In this document: piece after piece, positions 20,675-29,531 of the stretch
Numbering within the stretch: the stretch's first letter is position 1
Layout of the letters: each line of letters begins with the position of its first letter
Assembly: GCA_039028615.1 (NCBI GenBank)
Contig: JBCCHT010000011.1
Location: 1 to 64,000, forward strand
Length of the DNA: 64,000 nucleotides
DNA from: Myxococcota bacterium
GTDB taxonomy: Bacteria; Myxococcota_A; Polyangia; Nannocystales; Nannocystaceae
Direction of reading: 5' to 3'
The notes under the pieces: model-generated
Databases searched by the model: none
Seen by the model: the letters and a program-made list of their open reading frames with translations, nothing else
Told to the model about the DNA's origin: nothing
Translations under genes and position numbers: made by a program

Positions 20675-23467
20675 ATGCCGACAACCTATCGGGTCAAGCA
20701 GGGCGACAGCGTCATCGCGCTCGCCGAGGAACACGGTCTGTCGGCCGCGACGATCTGGGAGCTTCCCGAGAACGAGAAGCTCGCCGAGCTGCGCGCCAAC
20801 ATGAACGAGCTGCGGGAGGGTGACGTCCTCGTCATTCCCGACCGCCAAGTCAAACGAATCAAGGTCTCGGCGGGCAAGGCCCACCGGTTCCAGCGCTCGA
20901 GCATCCCGGCCAAGCTCAAGCTCAAGGTCGCCGACCAGGGCCTGCCCCGCGCGTCGCAGGACTACACGCTGACGGTGGGCGACCAGGTCGTCCAGGGCAA
21001 GACCAACGACAAAGGCATGCTCGAGGAGTCGGTGCCCGCCCAGGCCAAAGAGGGCGTGCTGGTCATCGGCCCCGACGAGTTCGAGCTGACCATCAAGTTC
21101 GGCCACCAAGACCCGCACGACGAGCTTTCCGGGGTGCAGCGACGCCTGTCGAACCTCGGCTATCTCGATGCCGAACCCTCGGGGAAGCTCGACGACGCCA
21201 CTCGGCTGGCGCTGATGGACTTCGAGGCCCGACACGAGATCGAGCCCAACGACGATCCCGTGCAGGCCTCGGGCGGCGTCCTGGTCGACTATCACCTCGG
21301 CAAGCAGGACTTCGCGAGCAAGGCCGAGCGGGCGGGTCCCTGGCCCGCCGAACCCAAGGGGCGCAAGGGCACCATGGTCGCCAGCTTCAGCGGCGGCGGG
21401 GGAGACGGCGGCAAGGGCAAGGGCGACGGCAGCGAGTCCGGCGATCTCAACGTCTACGACGAGCCCCCGCCCATGGGCTACTACGTGATCATCGGCCGGG
21501 GTGTCACCGCCTGGTACGACCACCTCACCATGCTCAACGACACGTGGGGTCGTAGCCGCCTCACGCCGCAGCTGCCCGTGATGCACCTGGGCTACGCCGA
21601 GCCCTGGGCGCGGCGCAGGCAGGAGCGCATGGGCCAGTGGCCTCGCATGCTCAACTTCTTCCAGGGGCTCGGCCCCGGCCTCGAGCTGCAGGGGGTCCCC
21701 GCCGAGAACGCTCAGGACGACTGGCTGCCCTCGGCCACCTTCGCCGCCAACCTGCAGCGGGTCGAGCGTCACATCAAAGACCAGTACCTGCTGTCGATCG
21801 GCTCCGACGGGCAGATGCGGCTCAACCCCGACGCGCCGCGTGCCACCACGCTGGTGTTCCAAAACGGCTTCGTGTCGACGATCGAGAGCCACCAGTCGTG
21901 GGTGAACCGCGGCCGGGCCGGCTACGCCGACGCCAACAACGGGCTGCCCGCCGCCGAGGTGCAGCGCTGGCAAGACGCGGTCGCCCACGGCCGCGCGCGC
22001 ATGGGCGACGGCTCCGTGTGGCACAACAACCTGTGCCCCTACCGCATCTCGGTGTTCGACGCGGGCAATCACCATTTCGTCTACGCCTTCAAGATCGACG
22101 TGTGCACGGGCCCTGGCCAGCCCCGCTTGTTCCGCAACAATTACTTCGCCACCCCGGCGCTGTACGAGGAGCACAAGGCCAACGACGACCTGCCGCCCGA
22201 GGCCTACGACCAGGGCGCGCCCATGCCCCGGATCCTCAACGGCAACCAATACATCGGCTCCACCAACAACCCCAACGAGACGGTACTGGTGTTCAAGGGC
22301 AACCCGGTCGGGGCGCAGTCGATTCAGTCGGCGCTCGACATGCCCGGGCTCGGCCACCCGGTGCAGCGCGCGTGGTGGGTGGTCAACAAGAGCCTCCACA
22401 ACGAGCACATGCACAACGACGCCCTGCCCGCGGCGGCGCGCAACAACGACCGGCTGGGCAACGACGCCGACGTACCCGGTCGTCGCAACTTGCTCGAGCA
22501 GATCGGCAACGACCCCCTGCACGGCGACGAGCAGCAGCAGATCACCGACAACCACCCGAACTCGGCCAACTGGGTGCAGGCCGCCTACCGCCACGCCCGC
22601 TTCGACAACGTGCTCATGCGCCTGGGCTTCCACGAGATCGCCCGCTTCAGCGAGCACGCCGACGGCCAGCGCATCACCGTCGACTTCAACCTCCACCCCT
22701 ACGGCTCAACCGGCCGCCCCGTGCCCGCGCATATCCCCACGATGGCCGAGATGAGCCTCGCGAGCCTGCGGCACAACCACGGCCTCGTTGCCGACCCGCC
22801 CGAGATCACCACCGCCCAGGTGGCCGACCCGGCCACGGGTGACCCGCGCGAGTACGTGAACTCGATCACCGTCGATCGGGTGGTCTACTCGCTGGGCCAA
22901 GATCGAGGCCCGCGGAGCGAAGGTACGGCCGCCTACCTCGTGCAGCTGCTGGACATGCACTGCGTGAACCTCGAGGGCTTCCCGACCTACGTCACCTGCA
23001 ACCAGGCCGATCCGGACACCAGCGACCAGACCGGCCGGGTGCGGATCTTGGGCTCGGCGTTCATGGGCGGGCCCGGCATCGCCGACGGAGGCCAGCGCGC
23101 GGCGCTCGACAACGGCCACGACCAGCACGGCGGCACCGTCCCCCAAGAGGCCCCCGCGGGCGGCGGCGGCATGAACATGGCGGTCACCAACATCCTGCGC
23201 GCCAATGTGTGCACCACCGCCCCCGTGCGCGTGAACTTCGCGAGCCTGGGCGAGCTCCAGGCGGCGGGCCTCAGTCCCGCGGCGGCCCAGTACATCGTGG
23301 CCGCGCGCTCCATGACCGACCGCGGCATGACCGTCGCGGGCTACGCAGGTGCCCTGACGGCCTTCGCCGCGGGTCCCGAGGGCCATCGGGTGGGGGGACC
23401 GGGCGGGGCCGCAGCCGATGTCCAGCTGCTGACCAACAATGGCCAAGAAGGGACCTTCGTATTCTGA
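20675..23467 (+). CDS. LysM + beta-sandwich + peptidoglycan-binding carrier fused to a flavoprotein-like cargo domain and C-terminal HhH
   Basis: LysM 'YRVKQGDSV...LREGDVLVIP'; PGBD 'GVQRRLSNLGY...LDDATRLALMDF'; Gly-rich linker; 'YVIIGRG', 'VCTGPG'; ComEA-like 'VNFASLGELQAAGLSPAAAQYIV'. Confidence 0.8.
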   Translation: MPTTYRVKQGDSVIALAEEHGLSAATIWELPENEKLAELRANMNELREGDVLVIPDRQVKRIKVSAGKAHRFQRSSIPAKLKLKVADQGLPRASQDYTLTVGDQVVQGKTNDKGMLEESVPAQAKEGVLVIGPDEFELTIKFGHQDPHDELSGVQRRLSNLGYLDAEPSGKLDDATRLALMDFEARHEIEPNDDPVQASGGVLVDYHLGKQDFASKAERAGPWPAEPKGRKGTMVASFSGGGGDGGKGKGDGSESGDLNVYDEPPPMGYYVIIGRGVTAWYDHLTMLNDTWGRSRLTPQLPVMHLGYAEPWARRRQERMGQWPRMLNFFQGLGPGLELQGVPAENAQDDWLPSATFAANLQRVERHIKDQYLLSIGSDGQMRLNPDAPRATTLVFQNGFVSTIESHQSWVNRGRAGYADANNGLPAAEVQRWQDAVAHGRARMGDGSVWHNNLCPYRISVFDAGNHHFVYAFKIDVCTGPGQPRLFRNNYFATPALYEEHKANDDLPPEAYDQGAPMPRILNGNQYIGSTNNPNETVLVFKGNPVGAQSIQSALDMPGLGHPVQRAWWVVNKSLHNEHMHNDALPAAARNNDRLGNDADVPGRRNLLEQIGNDPLHGDEQQQITDNHPNSANWVQAAYRHARFDNVLMRLGFHEIARFSEHADGQRITVDFNLHPYGSTGRPVPAHIPTMAEMSLASLRHNHGLVADPPEITTAQVADPATGDPREYVNSITVDRVVYSLGQDRGPRSEGTAAYLVQLLDMHCVNLEGFPTYVTCNQADPDTSDQTGRVRILGSAFMGGPGIADGGQRAALDNGHDQHGGTVPQEAPAGGGGMNMAVTNILRANVCTTAPVRVNFASLGELQAAGLSPAAAQYIVAARSMTDRGMTVAGYAGALTAFAAGPEGHRVGGPGGAAADVQLLTNNGQEGTFVF

Positions 23468-23522
23468 ATCAACCCCTTAGGGTGGTTGTGAAAGGGCCCG
23501 ACTCCTTGGCACCATCCCAAGC

Positions 23523-24266
23523 ATGACGATCGCGCTCAAGCAGGGCTACGAGATCGGCGAGCAGGTCGCCAATGACCCTCTCGTCGTCGTGGTCAACGAC
23601 TTCCTCTCTCGAGAAGAGTGCGCACACGTCATCGGGCTCGCCCACGACAAGATCTCTCGCGGCCGCGTCACCCTGGACGGCAAGGTCGCCTATAGCCCCG
23701 GGCGAACCGGCAGCACGGCGTGGATTCCCCACAGCACCACCCCGACCATCACCTCCATCGTGGGGCGGGTGAGCGAGCTGATCGGGCTGCCGCCCTCGCA
23801 CGCCGAGTCGCTGCAGGTCGTGCACTACGCCGAGACCCAGGAGTACCGGGCCCATCACGACGCCTGGAAGCGGGGCACCACCCGCCACGCCGAGCGCACG
23901 GCCAACGGCGGCCAGCGCCTGGTCACCGCCCTGATGTACCTCAACCAGGTCTCCGGCGGCGGAGCCACCGGGTTCCCCAACCTGAACATCGAGGTCGAGG
24001 CCATCCCCGGCCGCATGGTGCTGTTCCACAACACCGAGGGCCTCGAGTTCGACGTGCACAAAAACTCGCTGCACGGCGGCCTGCCCGTGGTCGCAGGCGA
24101 GAAGTGGGCGTGCAACCTGTGGTTCCGCGAGCACCCTTACAACCGGCCGAGCGACGCCAAGAAGCCGCTGCCCAAGCCCAAGGCGAAGGTGGGACCGAGC
24201 CGCAAGGCCAAGTCCGACAACAAGAAGCGCAAGGCGCAAAAGAACGCGCGTCGCCGCAATCGCTGA
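23523..24266 (+). CDS. Prolyl 4-hydroxylase-like 2OG-Fe(II) oxygenase
   Basis: ESLQVVHY, HHD, GQRLVTALMYLN, GGATGFP, SLHGGLPV..GEKW. Confidence 0.9.
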   Translation: MTIALKQGYEIGEQVANDPLVVVVNDFLSREECAHVIGLAHDKISRGRVTLDGKVAYSPGRTGSTAWIPHSTTPTITSIVGRVSELIGLPPSHAESLQVVHYAETQEYRAHHDAWKRGTTRHAERTANGGQRLVTALMYLNQVSGGGATGFPNLNIEVEAIPGRMVLFHNTEGLEFDVHKNSLHGGLPVVAGEKWACNLWFREHPYNRPSDAKKPLPKPKAKVGPSRKAKSDNKKRKAQKNARRRNR

Positions 24267-24267
24267 C

Positions 24268-24984
24268 GTGGATCGCATCGGCCCCACCCGTCGCCCCGAC
24301 GGCCGCAACGCGGGGACGCAGTCGTGGCGGGACCTGTTGTTCGTGCACTGGGAAATCCCGGCGGACGCACTGCGGCCATTACTGCCCGACCGGCTTTCGA
24401 TCGACACCTTCGAGGGTCGGGCGTACCTGGGCCTGGTGCCCTTCGTCATGCAGGACATCCGCCCGCGGTGGCTGCCGCGAGTGATGGCGCAGAACTTCCT
24501 CGAGACCAACCTGCGGACCTACGTGCACCTCGATGGCGAGCAGCCCGGGGTGTGGTTCTTCTCGCTCGAGGCATCGTCGTGGCTGGCCGTAACCGCGGCG
24601 CGCCTGGGCTGGGCCCTGCCCTATCACCACGCCCGGATGTCGGTGCAGCGCGATGGCGACCGCTTCGACTACTCGACGGTGCGGCGCCGGAGTGAAGCCC
24701 AGGCCCAAGCGAGCTGGACGGTGGGGACCGAGCTCGGTCCCTCGAAGCCGGGAACGGTGGAGCACTTCCTGCTCGAGCGCTACATCCTTTACGCCGAGAA
24801 GAAGGGCCGGCTGTACCGCGGGCAGGTCCACCATCCGCCCTACGTGGCCCGAGCCGCACGACTCCATCGATTCGAGGAGTCCATCGCGACGGCCGCGGGC
24901 CTGCCCGGCTACGCGGAGCCTCCCGCGTTCGTGCACGCCTGCGATGGTGTGGACGTCGAGGTCTTCGCCATCGAACCGGTTTGA
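24268..24984 (+). CDS. YqjF/DUF2071 family protein
   Basis: QSWRDLLFVHW, FLETNLRTYV, PGVWFFSLEA, HFLLERY. Confidence 0.88.
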   Translation: MDRIGPTRRPDGRNAGTQSWRDLLFVHWEIPADALRPLLPDRLSIDTFEGRAYLGLVPFVMQDIRPRWLPRVMAQNFLETNLRTYVHLDGEQPGVWFFSLEASSWLAVTAARLGWALPYHHARMSVQRDGDRFDYSTVRRRSEAQAQASWTVGTELGPSKPGTVEHFLLERYILYAEKKGRLYRGQVHHPPYVARAARLHRFEESIATAAGLPGYAEPPAFVHACDGVDVEVFAIEPV

Positions 24985-25075
24985 CTGAGGGCTCGCCACC
25001 CCACCTCATCGACATCGGTCGGTCGCGCCGGACGACGCGTTGACGCCCCCGGTCTCACGTTCGATCATCGAGCCG

Positions 25076-25903
25076 ATGCAGTGGCGATGGCTGATGGGAA
25101 CGGGGCTCGCGATCGTGCTGGCATGCGGCGACGACGGGGCCCCCGCGAGCGGGGCGGATGGCACGGGAGCGAGCGACGGCGGAGCGATGAACGACGAGGC
25201 CGACGTGACCGGCTCCGCTCCTCCCCCGGGACCCTCCGCGGAGGGCTGGGAGTCCAACTTCAACGACGGGGGCGTGCGTATCGACTGTGACCAGGATCTG
25301 GCGGCGATGCAGCAGGCGGGCGCGCCCACGCTGAGCATCGACGACGTCACCCTGGTGGTCGGCTACGAGCAGGTCGGCAACAACCAAAACCCGATCGTCG
25401 CCCGCTTCGACGCCGAGACCATGGTCTGGTGCACCCGGCACGAGACCGAGGGCCCCGATGGCCGCGCGCTGGGGCTGGCCTGGGACGGCGGTGACGTGGC
25501 GTATGTGGTCTACACGATCGTCGGCGGCGGCTCGTCGCTCGAGGGCAAGGGCGGATGGGTCCCTTCGTACGCGCCGGGATCGATCAGCGGCGGCGGACCC
25601 AAGGTGTCCTACGTCGGCCGGGTCCAGACGACCGACGGCACGCTCGATGCGGGCAGCTTCATCATCGCGGTCAAGAGCGACAACACCGTCAACTCGCATA
25701 CCCCCGCCGGGCCTCCCATCGTGCAACCCGACGGGAACGTCCGCTTCCTCGGATCGCCCGCACACAAGCCCATCGATGAGGGCTGGGTCGCGATGGACTG
25801 CACCGACTATCCCTTCAGCTCCACGTATGTGCTGAGCCCGGACCTCTCCGAGATGGTGTGTGCCGAGTGCACCCAGTGTGTCTCGCAGCGCCCGTGCTCG
25901 TAG
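25076..25903 (+). CDS. Hypothetical lipoprotein
   Basis: Lipobox IVLAC-GDD, low-complexity linker, Cys-rich C-terminus. Confidence 0.78.
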   Translation: MQWRWLMGTGLAIVLACGDDGAPASGADGTGASDGGAMNDEADVTGSAPPPGPSAEGWESNFNDGGVRIDCDQDLAAMQQAGAPTLSIDDVTLVVGYEQVGNNQNPIVARFDAETMVWCTRHETEGPDGRALGLAWDGGDVAYVVYTIVGGGSSLEGKGGWVPSYAPGSISGGGPKVSYVGRVQTTDGTLDAGSFIIAVKSDNTVNSHTPAGPPIVQPDGNVRFLGSPAHKPIDEGWVAMDCTDYPFSSTYVLSPDLSEMVCAECTQCVSQRPCS

Positions 25904-25984
25904 CGCAGGCTCAGCGCCACGAACGACGCGGGGCCGGTCGATTCGGGGAAACCCGCCCCCCGCAATGGCCTACGCTTGTCGCTG

Positions 25985-26959
25985 ATGAGCGGGCAACCGA
26001 AGAAGAAGAAATCGACGAAGAACGGGTGGAAGATCGCGGCCCTCGTCGTCGTCGGGCTCGCCATCGTCCTGGCGGTCGTGCTCTCGCTGCCGGAACGAGA
26101 ACAGAGCGACCGCATCTACGCCGCCTGGTACGTCGAGACGCCCACGGGGCCTCTCGTGGTCGCCCAGCACTCCACCCACCTCGGGCCCGTCAACCTCGGG
26201 GGCGACACCCGTCGCGACACGCCGGCATTCTCGGCGACCCGCCTGTACACCTACAACGTCGAAACGGGCGACCGGGTCGCGACTTACTCGTTCCGCCGGG
26301 GCACCGAGACCCGCGTCATCGGTCCCGCGGGCGATCGACTCTGGCTTCGGGTCGGCGACGAACCGGTCCTGCTCCAGGCCACCGACCTCAGCATCGTCGC
26401 CGATGCAGCAGCGATCCGTTCGGCCGTGGGCGTGCAGCTGGGCGGTGACTTCGCCTTCACCCACCCGTCGGGCCAACTTCACCCCTACGACCGCCACCTC
26501 CAGCTCAAAGGGGCCGACGGCAAGATGCACTACGTCTCGGCCGCGCTCGAGCACCTCGACCCCGACGACACCCGCAAGATTCCCCCCGAGGGCTACAACT
26601 GCAGCACGAGCTCGCCGGAGCTCCACTCCCCGAGGCTGTTGGTCTGCTTTCCGCCGTCCTTGGCGCCCGCCACGAGCCTGGTCCGCTCCTTCGCGTCCGC
26701 GCTCGACGAGGACACCGTCCTGCTCAGTGCCATCGACGCCAACGACGGCGCCAGAGTGCTGTGGACGCGGCCCGTCACCGAGCTGTCGGCCGGCACGGAG
26801 CCGGCGACGCTGTTGCGGGGCCAAGTCCTGACCAAAGACCGCGTGGTCGTGCTGGTCCAGACCGGGGACGAGAGGGTCGACGTCCTGCACATGAACCCGA
26901 GCAACGGCCAGACGATGTACAGCCGGTCGGTGATCCGCCCGGCTGCGTCTTCGGGCTGA
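25985..26959 (+). CDS. Membrane-anchored hypothetical protein (PQQ/beta-propeller-like segments)
   Basis: Basic N-terminus + TM helix; 'LSAIDANDGARVLW'-type blades. Confidence 0.7.
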   Translation: MSGQPKKKKSTKNGWKIAALVVVGLAIVLAVVLSLPEREQSDRIYAAWYVETPTGPLVVAQHSTHLGPVNLGGDTRRDTPAFSATRLYTYNVETGDRVATYSFRRGTETRVIGPAGDRLWLRVGDEPVLLQATDLSIVADAAAIRSAVGVQLGGDFAFTHPSGQLHPYDRHLQLKGADGKMHYVSAALEHLDPDDTRKIPPEGYNCSTSSPELHSPRLLVCFPPSLAPATSLVRSFASALDEDTVLLSAIDANDGARVLWTRPVTELSAGTEPATLLRGQVLTKDRVVVLVQTGDERVDVLHMNPSNGQTMYSRSVIRPAASSG

Positions 26960-26985
26960 CCCCTCGATGCCGTGACCGCTGGCCC

Positions 26986-27696
26986 TCAGCGCGCTTCGCC
27001 GGCCACGCTGCGATAGACCAGCGCGCCCAGGATGCCGCCGACGATCGGGGCCACCCAGAACATCCACAGCTGCACCAGCGCCTCGCCGCCCACGAAGAGC
27101 GCGGGGCCGGTCGAGCGCGCGGGGTTCACCGAGAGGTTCGTGACGGGGATGCCGATGAGGTGGATCAGCGTCAGCCCCAGGCCGATCGCGATCGGGGCCA
27201 GCCCGGCCGGGGCCCGCTCGTCCGTAGCCCCCATGATGATGAACAGGAACATGAAGGTCAGCACGATCTCGGCCACGACGCCCGCGGTCATCGAGTAGCC
27301 GCCCGGCGACATCTCGCCGAAGCCGTTGGTCGCGAAGGCCCCCGCGCCCGTCCCCATCGTGAAGCTCGGCTGCCCCGAGGCGATCAGGTAGAGCATCGCC
27401 GCGGCCACGGCTCCGCCGGTCACCTGCGCCAGGATGTAGGGCACCGCTTCGCCCGAGGGGTGCCGCCCGCCCGCCACCAGGCCCAGCGTGACCGCCGGGT
27501 TGAGATGACAGCCCGAGATGTGCCCGATCGCGTAGGCCATGGTCAGCACGGTGAGCCCGAACGCCAGGCTCACCCCGAGCAGCCCGATCCCCACCTCGGG
27601 AAACGCCGCCGCGAGCACGGCGCTGCCGCAGCCTCCGAAGACCAGCCAGAAGGTTCCGATGAATTCAGCGGTGAGCTTGCGCGACAGGGGGATCAT
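26986..27696 (-). CDS. aqpZ: Aquaporin Z
   Basis: [37 protein letters not shown]. Confidence 0.96.
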   Translation of the reverse strand: MIPLSRKLTAEFIGTFWLVFGGCGSAVLAAAFPEVGIGLLGVSLAFGLTVLTMAYAIGHISGCHLNPAVTLGLVAGGRHPSGEAVPYILAQVTGGAVAAAMLYLIASGQPSFTMGTGAGAFATNGFGEMSPGGYSMTAGVVAEIVLTFMFLFIIMGATDERAPAGLAPIAIGLGLTLIHLIGIPVTNLSVNPARSTGPALFVGGEALVQLWMFWVAPIVGGILGALVYRSVAGEAR

Positions 27697-27841
27697 GCGG
27701 CGCCCTACCGCAAGAAGCGGGCCAGCGGGCGCTGGGCGACCGCCCTCCAACGACGGCAGCATGTTCGAAACCGGCCGCCACGACGGCCCGAGCCCCCGAA
27801 TGCAACAGTGGGGCAGAGTGACCCCCCATCGGGAGCGACGC

Positions 27842-28666
27842 TCAGGGCAAGGGAGCGCGCTGCGGGTTCGGCGGAAAGTCGAGCATCGACGCGGTGGGGT
27901 AGTGCAGCCACGGCAGGAAGCCGTACTTGCCCTCGAGCGCCTCGCCTTCGGGCGGTAGCGCGACGTCTTGGATGCTCTGCCCGTCGACACCCGCCGTCTC
28001 GTGCGGGTCGACCGGGTTGCCCTGCAGGCCCGCGTAGCGCAGCGCGGGCAGCCCCGCCGCCGCCAGGGCCTCCGCCCCCTTCATGCCGATGGCGTTGCCC
28101 CCGAGCTCGAGCCACCACTGCGGACCCAGGTGCGCAGAGGCGAGCAGGCGCACCAGGGCATCATCGTCGATTCCTTGGCCCTGCAGCGACAGCGCCTTCA
28201 CCTGCCCCAGCGCGGGGCAGGCCGCCAGGGCATCGAGGACCGGCAGCACCCCACGAAGCTCCACGTGCACGATGGGCGCTTGCTGCAGCAGCCACTGCCC
28301 GTATTTGACGAAGCTGCTCGCGTCGACCACCGCCGAGACGGCGAAGCCACGGTCGAACCGAAGCTCGCTCGCCGCTCGCCGCAGGTTGGCGCTCCACGCC
28401 GCCTCGTGCTGGGCGAGCAGCTGCTGCTCGCGCTGCTGGTCTTGCATGTAGGCCATGCGCCGACCGATCTCGGCGTTGGGATCCTTCGACGCGCCCGCGG
28501 GCGCGACGTCCATGGGCTGCACCAAGCGCAGCTGCAAGCGGATGAACTCCGCGCGCGGGTCGGCGCCCCCGGCCTGCGCGTCGAGGAAATCGGCGAACGC
28601 CAGGCGCGGCCCGTCGTCGAAGGGCGCCGCGATCACATCGGCGAGCAGCTCGGCTTCAGTCGCCAT
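27842..28666 (-). CDS. TIGR02996-domain protein with LRR-like repeats
   Basis: '[22 protein letters not shown]...[10 protein letters not shown]', FDRGF, L.L..N.I-type repeats ([15 protein letters not shown]). Confidence 0.85.
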   Translation of the reverse strand: MATEAELLADVIAAPFDDGPRLAFADFLDAQAGGADPRAEFIRLQLRLVQPMDVAPAGASKDPNAEIGRRMAYMQDQQREQQLLAQHEAAWSANLRRAASELRFDRGFAVSAVVDASSFVKYGQWLLQQAPIVHVELRGVLPVLDALAACPALGQVKALSLQGQGIDDDALVRLLASAHLGPQWWLELGGNAIGMKGAEALAAAGLPALRYAGLQGNPVDPHETAGVDGQSIQDVALPPEGEALEGKYGFLPWLHYPTASMLDFPPNPQRAPLP

Positions 28667-28978
28667 CTACAGGGCCTTCCAGGCTTCTTCGTCGAGATCG
28701 GGGAAGCAGACCTCGTAGTCGCCGTCTTCGATGCGCTCGAACCCGCCGCAGCCGGCATCGTCGAGGCGGCCGTGGCCGAGCAGCGAGCCGTCGGGGCGGA
28801 AGATCTGAAAGCGCAGGCGGGGGATCGGCTTGCCGTCTTCGTCGACCATCTCGATGTCGATCCACGTCGACTCGGTGGGACACGACTTGGTGGTGCCGTC
28901 GGCGGCGTCGTTGCCGAACTCCTGGTCGGCCGACGCGTTGCTCTGTTGCAGGCTCGAGCCGCGATCGGGAGGGCTCAT
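28667..28978 (-). CDS. Small beta-sandwich (carboxypeptidase-regulatory/prealbumin-like) protein
   Basis: 'WIDIEMVDEDGKPIP...GRLDDAG...GDYEVCFPDLDEEAW'. Stop abuts the next ATG; ATGA overlap upstream. Confidence 0.8.
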   Translation of the reverse strand: MSPPDRGSSLQQSNASADQEFGNDAADGTTKSCPTESTWIDIEMVDEDGKPIPRLRFQIFRPDGSLLGHGRLDDAGCGGFERIEDGDYEVCFPDLDEEAWKAL

Positions 28979-29349
28979 GGCGTCGCCTCCAAGCCGCGGG
29001 CGTGCTCGATGTGCTCGAGCGCCTGGCGGCACAGGCGGTTGATCCGCAACGTGCCCTGCGCCTTCGACTTGCTGCGGAGCAGCGGCGTCACCCAGGGCAA
29101 CGCGGGGTCGGTGTCGAAGTTCCGCCCGAAGGTGAACATGAGGTTGAGGTACTTGCAGACGTCTTGCTGCGTGGAAATCCCGTAGCCCGCCGCACGTACG
29201 CACGCCCCGATGATCAGCTCGTCGAGCGCCACTTCGTCCATCGCCCCGGCCTCGGGAAAGTGGCGGCGCACATGCGCGGCCGCCTGGCGCCGAAACTCGA
29301 CCGGAGGAGTGCTCAGCGCCGGAACTTGCTCTGTTCGGATCTGCAACAA
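28975..29349 (-). CDS. Small helical protein resembling the C-terminal extension of DUF4123-type effector adaptors
   Basis: TTG start after GGAGG; 'LLQIRTEQ...HFP...AAGYG...DVCKYLNL...G..F...PW'; paralog of 57690-58085. Confidence 0.7.
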   Translation of the reverse strand: MLQIRTEQVPALSTPPVEFRRQAAAHVRRHFPEAGAMDEVALDELIIGACVRAAGYGISTQQDVCKYLNLMFTFGRNFDTDPALPWVTPLLRSKSKAQGTLRINRLCRQALEHIEHARGLEATP

Positions 29350-29531
29350 CGGACGGAACCTCCAGCAGGGACTCACCTACAATACGCCACTGCACCCTTC
29401 ATGGTTGCGCTCGAATTTCGTGGATTCGACCGCGTCGATCGAGGCGCGGTCCCCCGCCCCCGAGCAGGCGCACTGAGCCCCATGGGCACGAGCGCCAAAC
29501 CTCGTTGCGCCGGTCCTGGTAGGCTGTTGCC

